Of a stretch of 64,000 nt of DNA, positions 1-11,884 are shown piece by piece. Under the pieces are notes generated by a model. The model did no database searches, was not told the origin of the DNA, and saw only the letters and a list, made by a program, of their open reading frames with translations. This stretch comes from Lophium mytilinum. Taxonomy: Eukaryota. The position numbers were made by a program, and so were the translations under genes. Each line of letters begins with the position of its first letter. Positions within the stretch are counted from its first letter, which is position 1. The stretch lies in the NCBI GenBank assembly GCA_010093605.1, contig MU004194.1:1340323-1404322 (forward strand), written 5' to 3'.

Positions 1-725
1 TATCTTGGCGCGACCGCTCGGTTAGAGCTTCAGTTTCAGCCTTGTGGCCTGGCCGCCGGGCTCCCCAACGCAGACTACCTATGGCAGGGTTGCTGTGGGG
101 TAGTTGATAGTGGCGCACCTGGGCGCTTACAAGCTTACCTAATCGTCAAATCGATTCACTGGCGAGACGTCATTTCAATATTGTTGGGTTGGTCATCCGA
201 GAACATGTCCCAGATCAGTCATTGAGTAGTGCTCTTCCTATCCAGGGCTTCCCGTCCTGCAGTGTGCTCCCAAGAGCCTCCCCTACTGCCCGAACACCAG
301 ACACCTTCGACTTCGTCTCCACGTCTATGCACCAAAAGATAGGAATGGGAGAACAGCAGACTACCGGGTCCAGCTCCATATAGACGCAATAGACAGAACG
401 CATGGAATTTTGTCTTTCTCCGCAAATAACATCAACTTGCCTGCCCTCAGGGACCAGAAGTGGCCGATTGACAAGTGGCAGCAGAAACATGCAGAAACAT
501 GATTAGTGGCGCCCAAGTGCTACCCAGGTCGACATCCATCGCCGCAGAAAGTATAAGAGAATCGTCACTTTGACGCCAAAATCCAGTGGAAACAGTCCGT
601 CGCCCTGCCATGCATCGTATCGACTAGTCGTAAATGCAGAAGATGAGACATGTCCCGAGGCAGCAACAACGTGCCTGGGGTAAGTGGATGATCGTTCGAC
701 ACCGTCGTAATATCATAGCCCTCCA

Positions 726-3009
726 TCAGTACCGGCCTTCTGCTTGGGCTCGAATGAGCTGCTTCTTCTCGCGCTCAAGACGGATCTTGTGGGCCTCGGT
801 TCCATCATCCATCAGCGTCTCCTTGAACCAGTCATGCTGGAGAGCTTGCTTCGCTGTGATCCGCTTCTTGGGGTCGTACACGAATATTCTTCTCAGCAGA
901 TCAAGGAATTTCTTGTTAAACTCGGTGATGGGGGGGATAGTGTCCTGCAAGGGGCGTAAGTCATTGACTAGGCTGTTGGTAGTTCTATTCACCTGTAGCT
1001 TTTTCATCGCCTTGACGTATTTCCTTGACGCCTTTGGTGTCTCGCCGTTAGGGTAGTCGAGCCTCGAATTCTTGAAGTATCTGTGTGGAGTTAGTACAAT
1101 TATAATGAAAGTGGTGATATATGGCTTACGCAGTGGCGGCATTCGAGCTCCGAGACGAGCCCCTCCCATCCTTGTGCACAGCTTTTATTATCTCCTTGTC
1201 CAATTTGCCTCCGCAGACGGCTTCCATCATAGCCAAGTGCTCTAGATTGTCATGAGTCTGGAATAGCGCATCTCCGGTGAAGAACTCGACGAGAATACAA
1301 CCAATACTCCAGATATCACAAGGGTAACTCCAGCCAAGGTTGAGGATGATTTCGGGCGCACGGTAATGACGGGTGGAGACGACCGACGAGTGGTATTCGT
1401 CATTGAAGGTAGCGGATCCAAAGTCGATTAACCGTATCTCGGGATCAAGCAAGACTTTGCGATGTCTAGCAGAGCGGCTGTTCGTAGTTGATGATGACGG
1501 AACAGTGCGGTTGTACGTGAAGGTTTGGTACCCGTTGTTTACCAAGAGAATATTTTCAGGCTTCAGATCCGTGTGGATGAGGTTCAGATCATGTAAGACT
1601 ACAAGCTTGTCAGTGTGTGCGTAACAAAATTTGGCGGATGGGGTCGACTTACACGCTACGCTAGTGAGTAGCTGCTTCGCGAACTTCTGAATGTGAGTGC
1701 TTGGGAATGGCACAAATGCGTTGGACTTCAGGAAGTCGAAGACACTCTGGCCGTAGAGGTCGGTGACGATGCAGATGTGGTTTCGGAAATCGAAGCAGTC
1801 TCTAAGATGGATGCACCGGTTCTGGTTCTGCTTGTCGTTGGAAGAAAGCGTGGAGAGAACTCTGAGCTCTATGCGGGAGGCATCGCGGTACTTCGGAACA
1901 GAGCGGATGACCTTGATGGCACACCGGGTTCCTTTTCGCCTGTCAAAAGCTTCCACGACTTTGCCGAAAGTGCCTTGGCCAAGGAGCTTAACGATTTGGT
2001 CTAAATGAGAATGTCAGCAATGCTCAATACAAGTCTCCTCTGCATGTCGAGATTGGTACTTACAGCGCTCTGTCAAATCCGCTTCCGGCGTGACAATATA
2101 ATGGCCGTCTTCATCGTCGACTTTCTGGTCCTTCATGTATGATTTCTGGGAGGCTTGTGAGCATGCGTTTCGTTTCTTCCGCGGCAAAATATTACTCACG
2201 TCAGGTACGACCTGGACAAAGACCTCCTTGGCCTTGATGGGCGGATTGGGTGGCGGCACATAGAGGCTGAATGGATCTCCATGCGGATCAATTTCCCTTC
2301 TCTTGGCTTCTCTGGCCTCTTTGGCCTCCGCCTGAGTGGCTTGCCTAGTTGTCCGTTTCCTCTTCTGTCCAACGACGCCATTTTCTAGGGGCGGAATGTA
2401 TGTGCCATTGCTCGCTGTGGAGCCGAGAGACGTCGCGGCGGTCGTGTTGATTGCAGACGTGGTGCGGTCGGTGGAGATGGTGTTCTTAGATGGTGATTCG
2501 TCGTAATATGGAGTCTGGGTGGTCGAATACGACGTTTGCTGGTTGTAAACCGGGTCGTAGGCCGTCGAAGCGGTTGTCTTCCGTTTCTTGTCCGTATGCC
2601 TCGTGGGCCCATTCGCGATGGGTCGGCTTGCCTGAGGCTGGCGCTGCGGGTGAGAAGCTGGCTCGTCGTCGTCATCGTCAATCACGATGATCTCCTTCGG
2701 GACGCCATTTTTGTAGAAGTCGTTCCAGTTCGGATTCCGCTTCGACCCTCGCGAGTCCTGCCTGGCGGCGGTGTGGCCGTTGGTGTGAGCCATCTCGGGG
2801 GCTGCTGGCTGTCTCGGGTGGCCGGTCGCGGTTCGTCGTATGTCAGAGTTTGACGTGCCGCTAGAATATCCGTTATACAGCGAGTTCCCTAGCCGCGATG
2901 AGCCATTCGAGGCCTGGCCATTGACTCCGGGAGGCTGATATGCTTGGTGATGAGAGTAGTACTGGTGGTGAGGTGGCAGAGTGGCAGTCGCGGTAGAGGG
3001 AGTCGACAT
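726..3009 (-). CDS. lkh1: LAMMER (CLK/Kns1/Lkh1-family) dual-specificity protein kinase; 6 exons: 3009-2200, 2145-2064, 2000-1653, 1598-1130, 1080-993, 944-726
   Basis: Motifs LGQGTFGKV, HTDLKPEN, DFGSA, STRHYRAPE and signature EHLAMMEAVCG; five GT-AG introns join the ORF-track fragments in frame. Confidence 0.95.
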
Positions 3010-5271
3010 TGCGGGTGTGTGGCCTGGAGGCGTGCGGCCGACGTCCTACACCACGGGCAGTGAGACGTCCGAACTACGAAGTCGCTGGAGAGCAGCACAA
3101 CTGGTGCGGGCGGAGAATTGAATGGCTCGAGGAGCGTTCTGAGCGGGATCTGGCACCTCACTCGGGCGTCGAGGCGTGGAGAAGCGGCGTAGGCCCGTTA
3201 TCGCAGCCAGCCGACCGAGGGCTCAGAAAGCAGAAAGTGGAGAAAGGCTCGTCGTCGCGGCCGGGTCAGCTCGCAGACCAGACACGAGGGGCGTGAGGAG
3301 CACTCGAGGGCGATGGGCGGACGGGCTGTTGCATGCCAAAGAGGACGGTGACGGGTGATGGTGGGTGCAGAGGCTCTGGCACTGCGGAGTTGAGTGAGCA
3401 GAGCAGAGTCGTGAGCTTTAGCGCGTCTGCATCGGTCGTCATCTATCACTATTGCTACTGGCCGCATCACCCGCCGTAGCAACCGCTGGGCACTGGCCTC
3501 AAGAGCCTTCACACTGCGCAATTCTCCTCTAGCCGGGGCTCTGGCACGCTGGAACGCTGGACCGCCAGCCTTGTGGCCACATTATTCACTTCGCCCGTCC
3601 ATCTGGCCTTCAGCGCTGCAGTGCCGCTCCATCAGGCTTTGCGGCACCCCCAGGCGAGCCCGTCACACTGGGCAGCGTGCAACGAGCGCTATGAGCTCAG
3701 GCTTGTCACCTGCTGGGTTTGGGGCAGCAGCAGCAATTCTGCCGAAGGACACGCCGCGCTGCCCGTGAATATTCAGCGTCCTGCGTGCGGAGACCCCCAG
3801 GGCGCCCATAAATGGTGTCGGTCCCAGTCGCTATCCCACGCGCTGACCACCCGTCTCCACTCGCCCTCAACGCAGATGCTCGCCCGGAAGCGTAGCCATG
3901 TATTAATAATTGCGCAGCACGCCCAACAGTGCCGGATCCTCCACTATACACATGTATGCCTGCTGTCAGCCGGCTACCTAGAGGCACAGAGTGATCCTGC
4001 TCCAACGAGGCCGGCCGCAATCCTGCCCTCGCCACCGCAGGACCGCGCTCGACTTCACGCCGATGTCACAGGTCGCCAGGTGAAACTCACGAATTCCTCA
4101 AAGGATTGCTCCAGGACGCTGCAACCCACTGCGGCCACTCTATCCCATTCAAGTCTCCGCCAGAGATTGTTCCTCCTCTGCAGCAGACTGAGTATCTAAT
4201 CTCGGCTCCTTGAAACAATTACTAGTGTTGAGTCGTCACGTGATGAGTTATGATATTGAAAGTCGGCACAGTCGGCGGGTCGTTCGATGCCGCTGGGCTT
4301 CTGTCATGCGACTGCGCTCCCGGGCCCGGCTGCGAATGGGCTGTCTGCGCGAAGGCAATTCTGCCGGCTGTATCACGGAACTGAATCCGGCCTTGTGTGC
4401 AGCGGAAAAGGCGCCAGACAACCCAAATGGAGAATATCGCCGGTCCCTTGGCAGCTTTAGACGAATCATGTCTCGGCCGGCTCAGTCAGTGTGGCGAGTC
4501 GACCTGGCACGCGGGGCAGAAAAATAGTGGCACTCTATTCTACTGTGTCACTGCTTGGAGTTCTTCACTGCATTTTCGGAAGTCCAAACAGGATAGAAGA
4601 TTTTCCTTTCAGGGTCTATAGAAAATTATGAAGACACTTCAAACAGTGCTGAACAGGTGCATACAAAAAGGCAGCGTGGTAATTAAGTATTACTAGAGAG
4701 TGGCAGTATACAGTATAAATCTGTAAGGTATATACGCTCTCTCTATTTTCTATATAGGCTTGTTTAGCACTGCTTGAGGCCCTCCAGTATGCTATTGCTA
4801 TTCACAAAATACCAGCTCTGGCGAGCCTGATAGCTCTTTGGGCCACCTCGAGCAGTGTTGAACTGCTGTAGTGTGCCACTTTTTTCAACGCCTAGCGAGC
4901 CTGGCCTGCCTGGGAGGGCCACGCAGGATGCCTCAGACCTCAGTTTTAGTGAAATCTTTTTAGGAGACATGGTGCTCGTGAGCCCGAGGTTAGATACTGA
5001 GTGCAAAGGGCTACAATCGCGATTATGTGACTTGACGGGATAAATTCTTTACAGATGTGACACAGCTAGATAATGAGGATCGTATAGCCTATGCTCTGCG
5101 CGACGCACTATGGAAGAGACAATGGTAAATTGGCTTCTCCTGATCAAATTCGTGTACTTCATGAGATGTTCGTTGCTTCTCAGCGAAGGAGAAAGCAAAT
5201 TCCTTAGCCCTCTGTGCGGCCCTATCCTCATTGCGCAACTTCATATCTGTGCAGATTCAGACTCGATATGC

Positions 5272-7049
5272 TCAATGCTGGCTTCGTTGAGCGAAGAACT
5301 CCTCGATGACTGCCGTTGTTTTGTCGACGATCAGGGTTATATCGGCCTCAGTGGTGTTGTACGCCGGAGCCAGCATTATATCGTCCCCAGATTTCCCGTC
5401 CACGCAGCCAGTGCCAGGGTACAGAGAAATGCTGTACTTTGGTTCGAGCCCTAGAGATCTCTTGTCAGCGGTAGCGTGTCAAAGATGGAACTAGAATTTA
5501 CCTTTCTCGTGAATTGCCATGGCGATGCCGTCCTTCGCGTTGAACGGTTCCTTGGTAGCTTTGTCGCGAACAAACTCAATCTAAAGCGACTTTCGTAAGC
5601 TCACAGGTCCTCAATCAAATTGCGGTGACAACTTACACCCCAAAACAGTCCTCGTCCACGAATATTACCAACGTTTGGGTGAGACGCAAGCCGCTCTCTC
5701 AACTGCTTCTCGAACACGGCGCCCATCCGTCTGACGTTCTCCACTAGTTTGTCCTCGCGGACGATACGCTGAACTTCTAGTGCGGCCGCACAGGCGACTG
5801 GATGTCCTTGGTAAGTGTGTCCGTGAGCGAAAGATCCTGTGCCTTTTTCGAGGACATCTATGACTCGGTGGCCGATTAGTACACCTGCTACGGCGGCGTA
5901 GCCTCCTCCAAGGCCTTTTCCAATCGTTTCAATGTCTGGAACGACTCCTTCCTGCTCCCAAGCGTGAAGCGTGCCAGTGCGACCCATACCGCTCATCACC
6001 TCATCGAAGACCAGGAGCGCACCGTACTTGTCGCAGACCGCCTTCATGGCCTGGAAGTAGCCTGGTACGGCAGGTACACACCCAAGCGCCTGTGTACTAT
6101 GTTAGCAATCTCAGCCTTATAGGGCTATGGATTGATTGATTGATAAGATTATGCGACGACCACATGTCATGGGGCAATCCGAAAATATGCCCAGCCAGCA
6201 TGCCTCGATAGCACCCATAATGTTCATGTGTGTTCGAACAGACTGTATGAGATGATTGTGCACTTACTGCTCCAACGACAGGCTCCGCAACGAAGGCGCA
6301 TACTGTTTGTGGACCCACCCTGACGAATTCATCATCCAACTCTTGAGCTAGTCTGGCGACATATTCTTCTGAGCTTTCTCCTTCTTTCATGCCGTGATAA
6401 GCGTTGCACGCTGACACCCTACTGACGTTCTCAAGGAGCATTGGCTCAAACAACGCCCTTCGAGATACGTGTCCGCTCATCGAGAGACCTCCCAGTGTGG
6501 TTCCGTGGTAGGACTCCTTCCTGGCAATGAAGTTGACTCGTTCAGGCTGAGCTGGCGCACACTCCAAGAAGTACTGTCGGGCAAGCTTCATTGTAGCTTC
6601 CATCGCCTCTGAGCCTGTTCAGACGTTAGAATTTACGCAGTGATAGCGATGGATTGTATAGTCAAAGAGAACTTACCCGAACACACGATGTATGCGCGTG
6701 CCATTTTACCGTTAGTGCCATCGATCAGCTCTTTAGCCAGAGCCTCGCCAGACGAGGATCCAAAGAACAGTGAGGCACAATATGCGACTTGGTCTAGCTG
6801 TCGGTTGATAGCTTCTTTGACCCTCTCGTTCCCATGACCTAGACAAGACACAGCTGCCCCGCCTGTGGCATCCAGTATTTTCTGGCCACTGCTGAGCTCG
6901 ACATAGTTGCCCTTGGCTGCAACGACAGTGCTTGGTTCATAATGAATGTGACGGTGCAATAGTACACTCTTCGTCTTCACATTCTTGTGGCCGGTCGTTT
7001 CGGACTCTACTACGACAGCACCATTGTTGACAATCGCAGACGGAGACAT
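5272..7049 (-). CDS. Class-III PLP-dependent aminotransferase (omega-amino acid/BioA-like fold); exons 7049-6677, 6614-6268, 6089-5637, 5580-5502, 5450-5272
   Basis: DATGGAAVSCLGH, SGSEAMEA, SYHGTT, FVAEPVVGA, DEVMSGMGRTG, PLP lysine in TIGKGLGGG, HGHTY, RGRGLFWG; canonical introns. Confidence 0.93.
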
Positions 7050-9384
7050 TGTAGTAGGAATAGGTGCAAAGAGGGGCTTTGTATAACTTAAATATAGGAT
7101 TCGCGAGGCCGCAGGACTATTACTGTGAATTTATCAGCTTGGTAGTTCTTGTCTTCGGAAGGGCCTACTCACAGCGCGGGACCGTCAACTATCTATACAC
7201 GTCAACATCCTGCACCCTCCAACTCGGCACCACTAGCTCTCGGTCTTTCAAGCCATTTAGGTCCTAATGCCAGCAGCTTATCCTCATCGGCTCGGGGACT
7301 GTTACGGCAGAAATCAGAAAGTGGAGGCCCGGCGACGTAAGTGCCCCGAAAAGTAGCGTTTCGGCATGCCGAACTCTGACTATTTGTTCGGCCCGATGCC
7401 GACATAACCGTAGTTCCACTAATGACCTGATCCTTTCGCTTGTACCTGCTCGGAAGGAGTGAAGAGAACCCATAATTCGATGCTGGATGGTGAGGCGTCG
7501 ACGGTGTTGGCACTCCTTCAGGGGGGTTGATCGAATCGAACGCGTTTAAGTCGCTCAGGCTGACAACCATCGATGCAAGTGCTAGAATGCGTCTACATCA
7601 GTCCATAATCGCGTAAGTTTGCGGTTCCCGTTCCTTCGTGTCGCGTTGGATAGCTGCGACATGAAACGTGTCCCATCGCAGTGCGCTGCAACTCAGGAGC
7701 TTGCCCCCTAAACGGTGAGAGGGAATATCCATTCTGTGTAGCTAGACTGTGGCCTGTATGTCGTATAGAGAAGCCTCCATTCCCGGAGTGTTGGGAAGCA
7801 TTTGAATGTCAAGAGTGGAGGTGGTAAGCCACTCAAATTTGTGCTGGGGAAGAACGGCAACGGGACCATTCTACTCGCTAACATTTTAACGGTCCGATTC
7901 CGAAGTGATCTACTAGATACCAAGTAGGTACCAATCAGCTAATCGATCATTCTGTAACCGCCTTGCTACGTCATAAACAGTCATTGTTCACTCTTTGCTG
8001 CGAATGACCCATCGCGGTGATAGCTTGAATGCTGTGACTGACTTGAAGCAAACGCCATCGAAAACCAAGTGAATCCTGAAATAGATCTGATTTTGCTTAT
8101 GTTGAGCTTCGTTTGAGGAGCGACATCTGATCCACAACCCTCTTTTAGCCAATAGAGGCTAGACGGTGAGGCAAGTCTGTGTTCTAGAAGTCCTGTGCCG
8201 CTCAAGCACGCCGACACACTGCGAAGTTTAGCTGACACGCCGACGCCTTTGGAACAGGGTCCGCGTCTGTCGTTGGGCAATATGCAGCGACGTCGCTGGC
8301 TTTGCCGACACGGCTTCAGGAGCCGGCCGTAGTGCGTTGGTTCCCAGTCTGTTCAATCCTCATAGGCCGGTCCAGCTATCTGGACCCGAAGTGCGAGAGA
8401 GTGGCGCCAATCTGAACTGAGACGTGAACGTGGTCGCAGCAATAGTGGCGACCAGCTCATAGTGTCGGCACAACAGAAGAGCGGGACCGAGAGAACGCCA
8501 GTGATTAGGATGCAGTGTAGAACGGAACCCCCACAAGGCTTAGGCCAATGTAGCAACGGGAAAGCCCACGTTCAACGGAGACAAGGCCGCCCTAAACCCA
8601 TCTCTTTGAGATTGCCCAAACATAGTGCATCACCATTTTGGCCCCTAATAGAACAGGGCTAAGCTAAACTAAGAGGAGATTGGTACACTGTGGATAATAG
8701 CCTTGGGGTGTAGATTTATAGAAATACTCCAAGTAGAACCCGAATTTTGTATGGTTGTCATCACATGCTTCTCTGTGTAAGGGACTGATAAAGCCCTCGA
8801 GAAATCATGAGACTGAACATTGTAGGAAGCGTTCAGATGGTGAGGCGTAGGCTTGTGCTCTTTGTACGTTGCAGGAAGCGTATAGCATGATGTCTGGACT
8901 AGCCCCCTGGCCATTATTGCATGCAACCGAGAATTGCAGTTACATTCTGTACAAACATGTCGATAGATCGTCGCTGAGCAGACACAAGCATGTGACGGAA
9001 AGAGGTCTGGCCTTCACAGGTCGTTCAAACTGGCGCCTTGTGAGATGCGAGCCCATAGTGGCGAGAACGCCTGCAACTAATGTCAGCGGATTCGTATACA
9101 GAATGATCTCAGACTCATTGACAGAAGGCTAGAGTAGAACATGATGGTGGCCTCGGACACGGCTCCGATGTACAATTCACTAGGGAGCTCTTCTGGGAAA
9201 GGCTCGCCGCACGTGCTAGGCCGGAAGAGATGCGCCGAGTCTCCGCGCACTAGCTCGCAATCTGACTAGCTCTCTTCGGAACCTCAACACCAAGAGAACC
9301 ATCGAGGTCGCAGGACTAATCTTGAGCACCAAGCATTGCTTCCTCTTCTTCGCAATAAGAAAACTCGACGAATTACTTTCCACC

Positions 9385-10360
9385 ATGTCTCGAAACGCAA
9401 GGATAGAAGAGATTAGCGATAGTGACAGCGACCCAGCTGAGATGGACATCGCGGACTTCGACCCCGCCAACATTATGCAGATGGTCAATCCGCAACATCA
9501 AGAGACGGGCCTGCAATCGCAATTGCGGCCAGCGGACCCCTCGAAGCCTCACCAACCCCAGGCGCCTATACCACCTATGCAACGTATGCCAGCAAGACCA
9601 TCCCAGGCGCAAGAGTCTCAACAATCGAAGCAGCAGGCTGCGGATCGCGAGAGGTCAAAGCATTGGCAATGCCTCTATCCAATCTATTTCGACTCCAGCC
9701 GCACACGAGCACAAGGTCGCCGTGTCGGACGCGAGCAGGCTGTCCCGAATCCGTTGGCTCGTGAGATTGCAGAAGCTACGGCTTCACTGGGCCTAAATGT
9801 CGTATTTGAGCCTGAAAAGACGCATCCGAAGGACTGGAGCAATCCCGGCCGAGTACGAGTCCTAGTGAAGGAGAAGGGAAACTCTGTGGGAGGAATCGTC
9901 ACAAATAGTGGGTGATCCTTTATGTTCTACAGCCTGTATATTTCAGGTGGCGCTCTTTCTTGCCTCACGTAGACGTTAAATATTGGCGTTGATCACCCCA
10001 TATTTGGCTTTCAGTTGAAACCCACTGACTCTATCTTGCTACTTAGAACACCATCTCTACACGCTTGTCGCAAAGTACCTTCAAGATCACCCCACTACCG
10101 AATCGTCTCCACTCAAACTCCGCATTGCTGGATTACCTCCTCCAAAAGAACCCCTCCAACCTGCCATCCCACAAGGCTGGAAAATGAACACCATCCTGCC
10201 ACTGCACTCACCAGCCCTTACTGGGGGAGGTGTCAGTGAGAACTTCCTTCAAGAGATGATGGCAGAGATGCAGGGAGGCGATGCTTTAGCGGCAATAGGT
10301 GCAGCCGGCGGGAGTGATGCTGGCAAGAAAAAGAAAGACAAGAAGAAGATAAAAGGATGA
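9385..10360 (+). CDS. SEC65: Signal recognition particle subunit SRP19/Sec65; exons 9385-9907 and 10047-10360
   Basis: SRP19 motifs WQCLYPIYFD..R...GRRV and EPEKTHPKDWSNPGRVRV; spliced continuation NKHHLYTLVAKYL; basic KKKKDKKK tail. Confidence 0.93.
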
Positions 10361-11884
10361 GCCACATTCAACATCTAAACGACCATGATACCATGAGGGA
10401 TTTACATAGGGCACGGTGGCTGCATTTGCATGGCGAGGCGTTTGGGTTGCAGACATATGTTGACATCACGAACCTGATGAAACAAGACAGTGAACTCGGA
10501 AGCGTTCAGTGGCCAGACCGATCAAACAATTGCATCTAAAATCGACCCCTATTACCGCGGTTCTCAAGTCAGAAAAATGATGTGTTCACGCTACTTCACT
10601 CAAATGTCCAAACACTCCCCCCTGAACTTTCATAACCCACTATCCTGTTGCCGCTTTTCTATACCTACCCTGATTTGTAAAACGGCCCTGCCAAAATGAT
10701 GACCGCAAAACTTACAGCCGCGTCCCCTCTATTACAACGGCTGCTAGGCGAGAAATCTGTCACTAAACAGATTTTATCCAACTGAGAATCCTTCAGGCAC
10801 GTGTTCCGACTCCAAGAACATCAAGTCGATTCCGATGCTGTAGTCTCATAGTTACAACCAACTCCGCCGCGTACCCTCCGCGTCACCGCCGCGTCTTCCA
10901 AACGAATATGTCTCGCGGTTGATATCGTAAGAACTTGCGACTGAACCACCGGCCCTGCTGCTGAAGCGCTCCAGCAATCCTTACGGAGCGTTAAACCAGC
11001 GATCTGATGTAGGGGCTATGATTGTCCAGTAAAAGTAGACCATGCCGGGTGCACGCCACGTGCCCTCTGCGTCTACCGTACTGTCTTCTACGCCGTCAAC
11101 CTTGTAACACCTTGTGAAATGGTGAAGCGAACCTTGCGCGAGGTACCCAACAGGCTTTGCGAGATGCTACTGTCGTCGAGCTGATTTGGGCGCTCATGGC
11201 GGAGGCGAGAAGGAGTCGCGATGGGTGGACGCAGCGTATACGCCATGTCTATTAGGACATATCTTGCTCGGTCAATTGCGTAAGATCTTTTAATATTATG
11301 GGTAGTCCTGAGCCGAGGCACTTTCAAAGGGTGTCCTTTGTCAATTCTGACTCTATTGAGCTAAATTAGGGTGCTGACTTGAGATCCATAATGGGACCAC
11401 GAAAGGTGGACGCGGCATCTCCTCCGGGTCTATCAAACTAGATCTACGCGGTTAATTCTGTAACACTTTGCACCATTGATCCCCAAAGCGGCGCCTCGCC
11501 GTGGCGAAAGCTCGACCTGAAGTCATGGAAATTACGAAAAGAATCCACACTATTAGTTGTGCAAGGGCGGCTATACTTCATATGTCAATCTATCACATCA
11601 CAAAGCCGAGCAAAAAAAGCAAATGTTTCATCAAGCAAAGTTTCATTTCCATACCTGTCATCCAATAGAAGCAGATCAGTCACACAGCCATATGAAGACC
11701 AAACCCAGACCAAATAGAATCGAAGAGTGGCGCGCCCGCATCAGCGGAACGTGCATGCAGATGAAGGAAAAAATATAAGAAAGAAGTCATGGTTAGTTCT
11801 GCAACGGAAGGAAAGAATGCATATATCCCCACAGGGGCCCCGTTGTCTCCCGCTGCGTTACCACGCTCTCGTCGCAAAGACCGT

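Noticed and set aside
3010..4600. Many 60-208 aa ORFs upstream of the kinase, and similar ones at 7100-9300, 13500-16000 and 31000-32500
   Set aside because: No recognisable motifs or codon bias; consistent with GC-rich promoter and UTR sequence
6090..6267. TPP riboswitch in the aminotransferase intron
   Set aside because: Only CTGAGA is present; the other conserved TPP aptamer elements are missing
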